Shown: piece after piece, positions 35,369 through 45,353 of the stretch
Layout of the letters: every line of letters begins with the position of its first letter
Position numbering within the stretch: the first letter of the stretch is position 1
Assembly: GCA_028717165.1 (NCBI GenBank)
Contig: JAQUOK010000001.1
Coordinates: 1-63,291, forward strand
Reading direction: 5' to 3'
Origin: Victivallaceae bacterium
GTDB lineage: Bacteria; Verrucomicrobiota; Lentisphaeria; Victivallales; Victivallaceae
DNA length: 63,291 nucleotides
Position numbers and translations under genes: made by a program
Notes under the pieces: generated by a model
Databases searched by the model: none
What the model was told of the DNA's origin: nothing
The model's input: the letters and a program-made list of their open reading frames with translations, nothing else

Positions 35369-35614
35369 ATGGGTAAAACCGACAAGCTCATTGAATATAA
35401 GATCATTATCAGCGCCGAAGAATGTAAAGGCTGCGAGCGCTGCGTAAACGCCTGCCCCAAATCAGTTCTGAAGATGGGGAAAAAGTTTAATTTCATGGGT
35501 TTTCCCTACGCCGTTTACAAAGGAGAAGGCTGTACCGGCTGCGCCGCCTGTTTCTACAATTGCCCGGAACCCGGCGCGATCCGGATCGTAAAGATTACCG
35601 AAGAGGAGGATTAG
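35369..35614 (+). CDS. 2-oxoacid:ferredoxin oxidoreductase delta subunit (2x[4Fe-4S] ferredoxin), 81 aa
   Basis: 'CKGCERCVNACP' and 'CTGCAACFYNCP'. GGGAGG lies 10 nt before the ATG at 35369. The track start at 35222 would span the promoter. Confidence 0.85.
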   Translation: MGKTDKLIEYKIIISAEECKGCERCVNACPKSVLKMGKKFNFMGFPYAVYKGEGCTGCAACFYNCPEPGAIRIVKITEEED

Positions 35615-35616
35615 AA

Positions 35617-36692
35617 ATGGAACATACCAATAAAATGTTGTTGAAAGGCAATGAAGCGGTGGTTTACGGGGCTCTCCTGGCCGGCTGCGACTCCTATTTC
35701 GGCTATCCGATCACCCCGGCCAGTGAAATCGCCCATACGGCGGCGCTGCTTTTTCCCCGTCTGGGACGGGTTTTCCTGCAGGCGGAATCGGAAATCGGCG
35801 CGATCAATATGGTTCTCGGCGCCGCTTCTACCGGCCGCCGGACAATGACCGCCTCCTCCGGTTTGGGCATAAGCCTGAAACAGGAAGGTATTTCATATCT
35901 GGCCGGCTGTAATCTGCCGGCGGTGATTATCGACATTATGCGCGGCGGCCCGGGCCTGGGCAATATCGGCCCGGAACAGGCGGATTACAATCAAGTAGTG
36001 AAAGGCGGCGGGCACGGCAGTTACCGCTGTATTGTCCTGGCTCCGGCGTCCGTGCAGGAAATGTGTGACCTGACGGTACTGGCTTTCGACCTGGCCGACA
36101 AATACCGTACTCCGGTTTACGTAGCCGCCGACGGGGTTATCGGCCAGATGATGGAGTCCCTGACCCTGCCGGAGCCGCGCGCCGGGAAACTTGAACTTCC
36201 CGACTGGGCCCTGGATCCGGGAAAAGACCGGAACAACCTCATTACTTCGATTTTCCTGAAATACGACCGGCTTGAAGAAGTAAACGAAGCCCTTCAGGAG
36301 AAATACCGCCTTATCAGCAAAGAAGAACAGCGCGCCGAGGAATATCTGACGGGAGACGCGGAACTGGTTCTGGTTGCTTACGGGATATGCGCGCGGCTGG
36401 CGCATTCAGCGGTCGAACAACTGCGGGAAAAAGGCGTCAAGGCCGGAATGATCCGGCCCGTAACGTTGTTTCCTTTCCCGGTTGATGCGATCCGGCAGGC
36501 AAAGAAAAACGCGAAACTGTTCATCAGCGTGGAACTCAGCTGCGGCCAGATGATCGATGATGTGAAACTGGCTCTGGACTGCGCGGTTCCGGTCAAACTG
36601 ATTAACCGCATGGGAGGGAATATTCCCAGCATTGACGAAATAGTTGAAAAGAGCCTGGCGGCTTTAAATGAACTCAAGGGAGATAATGAATA

Positions 36693-36693
<1 letters not shown>
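35617..36693 (+). CDS. 2-oxoacid:ferredoxin oxidoreductase alpha subunit
   Basis: 'LLKGNEAVVYGALLAGCDSYFGYPITPASEI'. The ATG at 35617 lies 2 nt after the delta stop. Confidence 0.88.
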
Positions 36694-38177
<1,484 letters not shown>

Positions 38178-38187
38178 GCGCAATTCA

Positions 38188-38265
38188 CGCCCCTGGGACA
38201 GGGGCGGCTACAACCCCCGGTCATAACGATTTACGTGTAGCCACGGCTGTCTCCAGCCGTGTGAC
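38188..38265. repeat. REP-like double-hairpin element, family B, copy 1
   Basis: Hairpins cgcccctg-gga-caggggcg (38188-38208) and cacggctg-tctc-cagccgtg (38242-38261). It sits between convergent genes. Confidence 0.85.
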
Positions 38266-38335
38266 TATTAACGCTTGGGGCCGTCAACGTTTCTCGTCGC
38301 CGGTCTCAGCGGGAAGCGGCGCTACTGTCATCTTT

Positions 38336-38767
38336 TTAAAGGGACAGTACTTCTTTGGCCTGGAGAATGCGCAGGCCTTTGCCTTTCAGCAGCCCGAGGG
38401 TTTTCCGGACATCGTCAAAACGGAAAATGAGTACCGCGTTGTCCTGGTTTTTTTCAACGAAAGCATACATGTATTCGACGTTTATGCCAGCTTCGGACAT
38501 GACTTTCATTACGGCCGCAAAACCTCCGACCTGGTCCGGGACTTCAATAGCCACCACTTCGCTGATCTTAGCGGTCACGCCTGCCGCCTTGAGCGCTTCA
38601 TAGGCGACGTCGGCTTTATCGACGATCATCCTGAGGACGCCGAAACTGGCGGTGTCGGCCAGCGCCAGGGAACGGATATTGACGTTTTTTTCGGCAAGAA
38701 CGGCCGCCACTTCGTAAATTCTGCCGGACTTGTTTTCGATAAAAACCGATATTTGCTGAATGATCAT
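38336..38767 (-). CDS. ACT domain-containing (amino-acid-binding) protein
   Basis: Two ACT-like repeats: 'ISVFIENKSGRIYEVAAVLAEKNVNI' and 'AIEVPDQVGGFAAVMKVMSEAGINV'. 143 aa. 4-nt overlap with paaK. Confidence 0.85.
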   Translation of the reverse strand: MIIQQISVFIENKSGRIYEVAAVLAEKNVNIRSLALADTASFGVLRMIVDKADVAYEALKAAGVTAKISEVVAIEVPDQVGGFAAVMKVMSEAGINVEYMYAFVEKNQDNAVLIFRFDDVRKTLGLLKGKGLRILQAKEVLSL

Positions 38768-40086
38768 ATTTTCCCCTCCTGTTTATCGACAATTTGACGA
38801 CGGTCTATCACCCGCTTGGCTTTGCCTTCGCTGCGCGGAATGCTTTTCGGGTTCAGAAGTTTCACTTTGGCGTGAATATTCAATTCGGAATGCAATTCCC
38901 GTTCGATCAGGCTTTCGGTCGCTTCCAGTTCCTTGATCTCGTCGGAAAACAGTTCGTCGTTCATCTCGACCTGAACTTCCAGATAATCCAGTTTATTCCG
39001 GCGGTCGACGATCAACTGGTAATGCGGTTTGACCGACTCGATCCGGAGCAGGACATGTTCCACCTGCGACGGGAAGATATTTACGCCGCGGACAATCAGC
39101 ATGTCATCCGTCCTGCCCAGCAGCCGGTGTATTTTCCGGGCAGTCCGGCCGCAGGGACATTTTTCCTCGATGAAAAAGCTTATGTCGCGCGTCCGGTAAC
39201 GCAGGATCGGCGTTCCTTCCTTGGTGATCGTGGTAATTACCAGTTCGCCCTTCTCTCCGGGCTGTACCGGTTCGCCGCTTTCCGGGTTGATTATTTCAGG
39301 ATAAAAGTGGTCTTCGAAGACATGCAGGCCGTTCTGCGCTTCACATTCGGACGCGACGCCGGGACCGATAATCTCGGTCAGCCCGTAAATATCGTAAGCT
39401 TTGACATGCAGTCTGTTTTCGATTTCCGCGCGCATGCTTTCGCTCCAGGGTTCGGCTCCGAGCATTGCCGATTTCAGCTTCATCTGCGCCATATCAATGC
39501 CGTTTTCGGCGGCAAATTCGGCAATGTACAGCGCGTAGGACGGCGTACAGGTCAGGATCGTACTGCCGAAATCCTGCATGACTTCAAGCTGCCGCCGCGT
39601 ATTGCCGCCGGAAATGGGGAGAATGTTGGCGCCGATGCGGCGCGCCCCGTAATGAACCCCCAGCCCGCCGGTAAACAAACCGTAGCCATAAGCGTTCTGT
39701 ACCGTATCCGCGGCTGTACAGCCGCCCATGCTCAAAGTCCTGGCCATTCCTTCCGACCAGATGTCAAGGTCCCTGGCGGTATACGCGTCAACTACCGGTT
39801 TGCCGGTAGTACCGGAGGAAGTATGCACTTCAAGTATTTTTTCGCGGTCGACGGCCAGCAGGCCCAGCGGGTAAACTTCCCGCATATCGTTTTTGGTGGT
39901 GAACGGCAGTTTGACAATATCCGCCAGTCCGCGAATGTCATCCGGCCTGACTCCGTGTTCAGCCATCCGGTTCCGGTAGAACGGAACATTATCATACACA
40001 TTCCGGACAAGCCTTTTGAGGTTTTCCGACTGTTGCCGGCTCAACTCGTCCCGGGACAGCGTTTCCTGTTCAGGATTCCAGATCAT
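38764..40086 (-). CDS. paaK: phenylacetate-CoA ligase (adenylate-forming, PaaK/F390 synthetase family)
   Basis: 'HTSSGTTGKP', 'YGLTE', 'RTRD', and C-terminal 'RSEGKAKRVIDRR'. 440 aa. Confidence 0.88.
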   Translation of the reverse strand: MIWNPEQETLSRDELSRQQSENLKRLVRNVYDNVPFYRNRMAEHGVRPDDIRGLADIVKLPFTTKNDMREVYPLGLLAVDREKILEVHTSSGTTGKPVVDAYTARDLDIWSEGMARTLSMGGCTAADTVQNAYGYGLFTGGLGVHYGARRIGANILPISGGNTRRQLEVMQDFGSTILTCTPSYALYIAEFAAENGIDMAQMKLKSAMLGAEPWSESMRAEIENRLHVKAYDIYGLTEIIGPGVASECEAQNGLHVFEDHFYPEIINPESGEPVQPGEKGELVITTITKEGTPILRYRTRDISFFIEEKCPCGRTARKIHRLLGRTDDMLIVRGVNIFPSQVEHVLLRIESVKPHYQLIVDRRNKLDYLEVQVEMNDELFSDEIKELEATESLIERELHSELNIHAKVKLLNPKSIPRSEGKAKRVIDRRQIVDKQEGKI

Positions 40087-40092
40087 TTTGTA

Positions 40093-40674
40093 TCATTCTC
40101 CAATAGTTGTTTTTCTTCCCTGTTCAAAGGCATACAAATTCAGATCGGCGGTGCCCGCCGGGGCCAGTTCGGCAACGGCTTTTTTCCAGGCGTCTTCCGG
40201 AATATCCAGAAAACCGGCGACAATCCCGAGAACCGCGACATTGACGGTCTTGGCGCTGCCGGTTGCCGCGGTCAGGTCCGCGGGAAGCAGCTCCATATAG
40301 TCCAGCCCGTGCTTTTTCAATTCAGTTGCCGTGTCCTCCGGGTAATTTTCAACCCCGTGCGGCAGAATGCGGTTTTTCAGGCATATGACTTTGCCGCCGG
40401 GAGCGGGAAAATCCAGCCAGCGCAAAGTCTCCATTTCCTCCAGCGAAACCAGAATATCGGCTTCGCCGACGGGGATAACCGGAGACGCGACCTTTTCCCC
40501 GAACCTGACGTGGCAGAACACTGAGCCGCCGCGCTGGCTCATGCCGTGGATTTCGCTTTTTTTCACATCGTAACCGGCATTCATCGCGGCGAGGGAAAGC
40601 ATATTGCCGGCGGTAATAATGCCCTGCCCGCCGACCCCGACCATTAAAACATTCATGACTTTACTCGTTTTCAT
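40093..40674 (-). CDS. iorB: indolepyruvate:ferredoxin oxidoreductase beta subunit
   Basis: 'NVLMVGVGGQGIITAGNML...EIHGMSQRGGSV'. 193 aa. 4-nt overlap with iorA. Confidence 0.88.
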   Translation of the reverse strand: MKTSKVMNVLMVGVGGQGIITAGNMLSLAAMNAGYDVKKSEIHGMSQRGGSVFCHVRFGEKVASPVIPVGEADILVSLEEMETLRWLDFPAPGGKVICLKNRILPHGVENYPEDTATELKKHGLDYMELLPADLTAATGSAKTVNVAVLGIVAGFLDIPEDAWKKAVAELAPAGTADLNLYAFEQGRKTTIGE

Positions 40675-42263
40675 CCGGCTGCCTCCCGCTGTTTTTTAGC
40701 CTGTTTCCTTTTCAGTATCATGCACGGGCCTTTCACCACCAGCAGCGACAGCCGCCCTCCGGCAAGAAGCGTATCCAATGTCCCGGCTATTTCCTCTTTA
40801 TTATAAGCGCTGACGATCTTTACGTCCGCCTTATCCATACCGGCGGCTTCGCACAGTTTGACATAATCGATGCTCACCGTGGGACTGCCGTCAATGGTTT
40901 TCCCGGACAGCGGATTCGGCTGCAGCCCGGTCATCGCGGTCGTGCCGTTATCCAGCACAATAAAAACGCAGTGACGTTTATTATACGCCGCGTTGAACAG
41001 GCCCGCAATGCCGGAATGCGCAAAGGTTGAATCCCCCATCAGGCCGACCGTGTTTTTCATTGCCTCTTTGCCTTCGGCAAGTTCTACCCCCTGGGCAACG
41101 GTGAATCCCGCCCCCATATCCAGCAAGGTATGCATGGCTTTGAACGGCGGCAGCGTGCCCAGGGAATAACAGCCGATATCCCCGATCACGTTCAGTTTTT
41201 TATCCCGTAATATTTCATAAACCGTACGGTGCGGACAGCCGGGGCACAATTCCGGCGGCCGGGGCGGCAGTTCCACTGCGGATTTGCGGGTTTCCGGTTC
41301 CTTCCCGCCTATGCCGCGCCTGACAATCTCCGGAGTAAATTCCCCGATGGCGGGAAAACTGCTTTTGCCGCAAACGTCAAGTCCCAGCGCCCTGATCTCA
41401 TTTTCCAGGAACGGGTCGAGTTCTTCCAGAACATAGATTTTTTCATATTTCGCACAGAATTCGCGAATGAGTTTTTCCGGCAGCGGATAAACCATGCCGA
41501 GTTTGAGTATAGGAGCGTCCGGAAAGCATTCCCGGACATAAGTATACGGTACGCCGCCGCAGATAATTCCGAAATCGCCTTTGCCTTCCTCAAGGCGGTT
41601 AACGCTTAATTCATTGCATGCTTCGCGCAGCCGCCGCGTCCGTTCCTCGACCGCAATCCGGCGTTTTTTCGCGTAAAGCGGGATCATGACGTATTTGGGA
41701 ATTTCTTTGGCAAATCCCGGTATCGCCCGTTCATCCCGCTCCGTAACGGAAACAATGCTCATTGAATGCGACAGCCTGGTCGTTGAACGCAGAATTACCG
41801 GAGTATCGTATTTTTCGCTTATTTCAAAAGCCAGTTTCGTAAAATCCTTCGCTTCCTGGGAATCGGCCGGCTCCAGCATGGGGAGTTTGGCCGCCCGGGC
41901 ATAGTTGCGGCTGTCCTGTTCGTTCTGTGAAGAATGCATGCCGGGGTCATCGGCGACGACAATCACCAGCCCGCCCCTGATCCCGGTATAGGACGCTGTA
42001 AACATCGGGTCGGCGGCGACGTTCAGCCCGACATGTTTCATGGTCGCCAAGGCCCTGGCGCCGGATAGCGCGGCGCCGTAGGCGACTTCCAGCCCGACCT
42101 TTTCGTTGATCGACCATTCCGTTTTCACACCCGGATATTGGCAGAGGTTTTCCAGTATTTCCGTGGACGGCGTACCGGGATAACCGGCTCCGGCCTTAAC
42201 GCCCGCTTCATAAGCTCCGCGGGCTATTGCCTCATTCCCGGATAAAAAAAGTTTTTCGCTCAA
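40671..42263 (-). CDS. iorA: indolepyruvate:ferredoxin oxidoreductase alpha subunit
   Basis: 'LSGNEAIARGAYEAGV', 'GYPGTPSTEI', 'CPGCPHR', 'GDSTFAHSG'. I prefer the TTG at 42263 (GGGAGG 5 nt upstream) over the track's TTG at 42290. Confidence 0.88.
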   Translation of the reverse strand: MSEKLFLSGNEAIARGAYEAGVKAGAGYPGTPSTEILENLCQYPGVKTEWSINEKVGLEVAYGAALSGARALATMKHVGLNVAADPMFTASYTGIRGGLVIVVADDPGMHSSQNEQDSRNYARAAKLPMLEPADSQEAKDFTKLAFEISEKYDTPVILRSTTRLSHSMSIVSVTERDERAIPGFAKEIPKYVMIPLYAKKRRIAVEERTRRLREACNELSVNRLEEGKGDFGIICGGVPYTYVRECFPDAPILKLGMVYPLPEKLIREFCAKYEKIYVLEELDPFLENEIRALGLDVCGKSSFPAIGEFTPEIVRRGIGGKEPETRKSAVELPPRPPELCPGCPHRTVYEILRDKKLNVIGDIGCYSLGTLPPFKAMHTLLDMGAGFTVAQGVELAEGKEAMKNTVGLMGDSTFAHSGIAGLFNAAYNKRHCVFIVLDNGTTAMTGLQPNPLSGKTIDGSPTVSIDYVKLCEAAGMDKADVKIVSAYNKEEIAGTLDTLLAGGRLSLLVVKGPCMILKRKQAKKQREAAG

Positions 42264-42383
42264 AGATACCTCCCGAATTAAAACCGGCAATTATTATAAA
42301 TTGTTAAAAAGGAAAAATTACCGTAACCCAAAGTAATTATTATAATGCTGATACGGCATCATGGCTTAAATATACGGAATTAA

Positions 42384-42412
42384 AAAAATACCACGCTTCC
42401 ACCGGGATGTCA
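42384..42412 (-). promoter_or_regulatory. candidate sigma-70-type promoter for the iorA operon (TTGACA-17-TATTTT on the minus strand)
   Basis: The reverse complement of 42407-42412 is TTGACA and of 42384-42389 is TATTTT, with a 17-bp spacer. Confidence 0.35.
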
Positions 42413-42516
42413 ATATTATTTTTTCAGAAATAAACCAAGTTCAATAAAAGAATTCCGGCATAACCGTTTCAGACTGGAATCACGGGAGACAATGTCATGG
42501 AATGGCGGCAATTAAA

Positions 42517-42534
42517 TTTTGCATATTTGTAAAA
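42517..42534 (+). repeat. third exact copy of the TTTTGCATATTTGTAAAA motif
   Basis: Identical 18-mer. Identity with the reverse complement of the 7669-7686 copy extends to 22 nt (aaattttgcatatttgtaaaaa). It lies immediately upstream of TTGATT-16-TATAAT (42540-42567). Confidence 0.9.
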
Positions 42535-42539
42535 AGTAT

Positions 42540-42567
42540 TTGATTTTTTACTTTGCCGAAGTATAAT
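42540..42567 (+). promoter_or_regulatory. candidate promoter TTGATT-16 bp-TATAAT upstream of the XRE/cupin regulator gene
   Basis: Hexamers read directly from the sequence. This implies a leader of about 170 nt. Confidence 0.35.
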
Positions 42568-42743
42568 AATGACAGAAAAAATTTATTTTCCACATATCAA
42601 CTTTACCAATATGCAAAAACATGAATAACCGGGAACGGACGCTCGCCACTCTGGATTTTACGGACTCCAATTATCTGCCTGTTAATTTCCGGACAGCTGT
42701 GAATATTGGGAATTTAAATTTATAAAAAACAGGGAGACAAATT

Positions 42744-43316
42744 ATGCGGCAGAATCTGATAAAACTCGGCTCGACGATAAAAACTTTTCGCAAAGAGCAG
42801 AACTTGACCCTGGCGGCGCTTTCGGAAAAAACCGAACTGACCGCCGGGCTGCTTTCCCGGATAGAAAATTTCCGGACCATTCCGTCACTGCCGGTCCTGC
42901 TGAAAATAGCCGAGGCGCTGCAGGTTTCCGCTTCGGAACTGCTTGCAGGGATCGGCGGGGATTCTCCGGGATGGACATTGGTCAGGAAAAATGAACGCTC
43001 CCGGGTCGAACGGGAAAACAGCAGCGGGTTCATTTACGAGATGCTTCTGGACAAGGACAGCGCCGGATGCAATTTACAGGCTCTTGTCCTGAGTATTGAA
43101 CCTGGAGCGGTTCGCGAAAAGGTAAAGACTGACGGCGACCAGTTTGTCTTTATTCTGAAGGGCAATATAGTTTTTCATCTGGGCGATGAAAAGTTAAGTT
43201 TATCCGAAGGAGACATTCTGTTCTTCGACGGCAACATTGAACACGTACCGGAAAATCCCGGTAATGAAACCGCAGTATTATTAGCGGTTTATCTGCTTAG
43301 AGAGGCAAAATCATGA
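42744..43316 (+). CDS. XRE-family HTH transcriptional regulator with C-terminal cupin domain
   Basis: 'IKTFRKEQNLTLAALSEKTELTAGLLSRIEN' HTH_3. C-terminal 'GDQFVFILKGNIVFHLGDE...GDILFFDGNIEHV' cupin. Confidence 0.88.
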   Translation: MRQNLIKLGSTIKTFRKEQNLTLAALSEKTELTAGLLSRIENFRTIPSLPVLLKIAEALQVSASELLAGIGGDSPGWTLVRKNERSRVERENSSGFIYEMLLDKDSAGCNLQALVLSIEPGAVREKVKTDGDQFVFILKGNIVFHLGDEKLSLSEGDILFFDGNIEHVPENPGNETAVLLAVYLLREAKS

Positions 43317-44227
43317 CGGCGAAAATCAGTTTTTACGGCCGGGAGCTCAATACTTACCGGGCCAATCTCCACATGCACAGTACAAATTCCGACGGCGTTT
43401 ACAGTCTGGGCGAACTAATTGACCTGTACGGCAAGGAGGGCTATGATGTCCTGGCGGCGACGGACCACTACCGGACAAACAAGGTAAGCGAAACCGACAG
43501 CGGCAAGCTGCTTATGCTCAGCGGGATGGAATTTCATCCGGTGGGACCGCGCGGCCTGAGACTGCATCTGCTGGCCATAAATATTCCCGAAGATTTTGAG
43601 GATCCGTCCAGTCTGCCTTATCAGGAAGCCATAGACGCCGTCCGGGCCGTCGGCGGGGAATGCATTCTGGCGCACCCTTACTGGTGCGGCTTGAACTGCA
43701 GTGACATTATGCAGATAAAAAACCTTACGGCGCTGGAAGTCTACAACAGTGACACCCGCTTTATCGGTAAGGGAAACAGCGTCCAGGTATGGGATAATAT
43801 CCTGCAACTGGGTTATCATCTGCCGGCGGTCGCGGTTGACGACACCCATCGGGCGCGGGATTTTTTCGGGGGCTGGACAATGATATGCGCCGGGGAAAAA
43901 ACCGTAAGTTCAGTAATGGAAGCGTTAAAAAACGGAACTTACTTTGCCACGCAGGGACCGGTTTTCCACAAGCTGAATTTTGAAAACAATGTCTTTTCCG
44001 TGGAATGTTCTCCGTGCGAAGAACTTATCGTCATGAGCGACTGTTCATTCGGGATTTGCGGCAGCATGTCCGGTTTAAAAGCGCAGAACCCGGCTGAAAG
44101 TAAAGATTCCTGCGAAATAACGCATTTTGAAACTGAAATCCCCGACGCCCCGACCCTGACTTATATCCGCTGCCAGATAAAGGATAAGAACGGCAGATAT
44201 GCCTGGAGCGCCCCGGTCAGGATTTAA
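43313..44227 (+). CDS. PHP (polymerase/histidinol phosphatase) domain metal-dependent phosphoesterase
   Basis: 'NLHMHSTNSDG', 'ATDH', 'AHP', 'DDTH'. 4-nt overlap with the regulator gene. Confidence 0.82.
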   Translation: MTAKISFYGRELNTYRANLHMHSTNSDGVYSLGELIDLYGKEGYDVLAATDHYRTNKVSETDSGKLLMLSGMEFHPVGPRGLRLHLLAINIPEDFEDPSSLPYQEAIDAVRAVGGECILAHPYWCGLNCSDIMQIKNLTALEVYNSDTRFIGKGNSVQVWDNILQLGYHLPAVAVDDTHRARDFFGGWTMICAGEKTVSSVMEALKNGTYFATQGPVFHKLNFENNVFSVECSPCEELIVMSDCSFGICGSMSGLKAQNPAESKDSCEITHFETEIPDAPTLTYIRCQIKDKNGRYAWSAPVRI

Positions 44228-44247
44228 AACTGTTTCAGATTGAATTA

Positions 44248-45225
44248 TTAACTTTTTATTCGTTCGGAAAACGGTGTGGCCGCCCCTGTCTCCAGGGGCG
44301 CAGTTGTGTGACGCACGGCTGGAGACAGCCGTGGCTTGAAACTTTTCCGGTACTCGACCGGGGTTTTACCGGCAAGGCGTTTGAAGGTACGGTTGAAATG
44401 GCTTAGATCCTGAAATCCGCATTCATAAGCGATTGAGATTATTTTGTCGCCGGACTGCCGGAGCCGCAGCATTGCCGCCTGAATACGCCGCTCAAGCAGG
44501 TAGTCGAAAATAGTTTTCCCGGCATAGCGCCGAAAAGCGCGGCACAAATAGTTGCGGTTCAGTCCGGCGGTTTCCGCCAGTTGCGCAAGCGATATTTTAT
44601 CGCGGAAATCCCGGTCAAGTTTCCGCCTCACCCGTTCTATTCTGAATTCTCCGGGCATTTCATCATTTTTCGCGATTTGAATACCCGAAGTCAATACGCC
44701 GCGGCACGCCCCTATCAGAAACAGCTTGAACAATTCACCGGCTGCCGTATCGCAGGCGATCTGCTTTTCGGAAAATTCCCGGTTTAATGCAGTCACGGCT
44801 TCGATGCAGCCTTCCCGGCCTTCCAGATTGACCCGCGGAATCCGGTTTGCCGCCATATTGAGCGGAAACAGCATCAGCAGCGCGTCGTCGAGCGGCCGCG
44901 GCAGCAGCGGCAAAACCAGTTTGTCGAAATTGAGATAAAGATTGTAGATTTCAATATCTTCTTTATCCGCAATAATACAATGCGGCACGCCGCACGAAGT
45001 TATGCCGAGGCTCGGGCCGCGCTGTTCATAGGCGTCACGGCCGATCAAATGCGTACAACTGCCCTTTACGACAATACTGACCAGAGTCACGTCCAATATA
45101 TGGAAGAGCCGCCGGGAATTGTTATAGGCCGGGAAATATGCCGCGGCCAGGCCGGAACGGCGCAATTCCGGGAATTGCTCGATAAGAGATATTTTCATGA
45201 TCCGGTGCGTCAATATCCACCTCAT
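44248..45225 (-). CDS. AraC-family transcriptional regulator (C-terminal ~29 aa encoded by the REP element)
   Basis: 'LAQLAETAGLNRNYLCRAFRRYAGKT...ECGFQDLSHFNRTFKRLAGKTPVEYRK'. The alternative start is the ATG at 45198. Confidence 0.82.
   Translation of the reverse strand: MRWILTHRIMKISLIEQFPELRRSGLAAAYFPAYNNSRRLFHILDVTLVSIVVKGSCTHLIGRDAYEQRGPSLGITSCGVPHCIIADKEDIEIYNLYLNFDKLVLPLLPRPLDDALLMLFPLNMAANRIPRVNLEGREGCIEAVTALNREFSEKQIACDTAAGELFKLFLIGACRGVLTSGIQIAKNDEMPGEFRIERVRRKLDRDFRDKISLAQLAETAGLNRNYLCRAFRRYAGKTIFDYLLERRIQAAMLRLRQSGDKIISIAYECGFQDLSHFNRTFKRLAGKTPVEYRKSFKPRLSPAVRHTTAPLETGAATPFSERIKS
44275..44336. repeat. REP-like double-hairpin element, family B, copy 2 (inside the 3' end of the AraC ORF)
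   Basis: cgcccctg-tctc-caggggcg (44281-44300) and cacggctg-gaga-cagccgtg (44314-44333). Its reverse complement shares a 23-mer 'agccacggctgtctccagccgtg' with copy 1. Confidence 0.85.
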
Positions 45226-45353
45226 TGTAAGATAACATAAGCTTAGATATTTTTATAATAATGCTTATATTAATATTTTACAACTTAATCTTATAGGAAT
45301 TTGTTATTTTGACAGAATCTTAAATCTTAAGGTTCAAACAAGGATATTTGCTT

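Noticed and set aside
38794-40524. 576-aa plus-strand ORF, the longest unannotated ORF in the track
   Set aside because: It is antisense to paaK and iorB, whose products carry clear family motifs. Its translation is Arg/Phe/Gly-rich, of low information, and has no motif. This is typical shadow-ORF behaviour.
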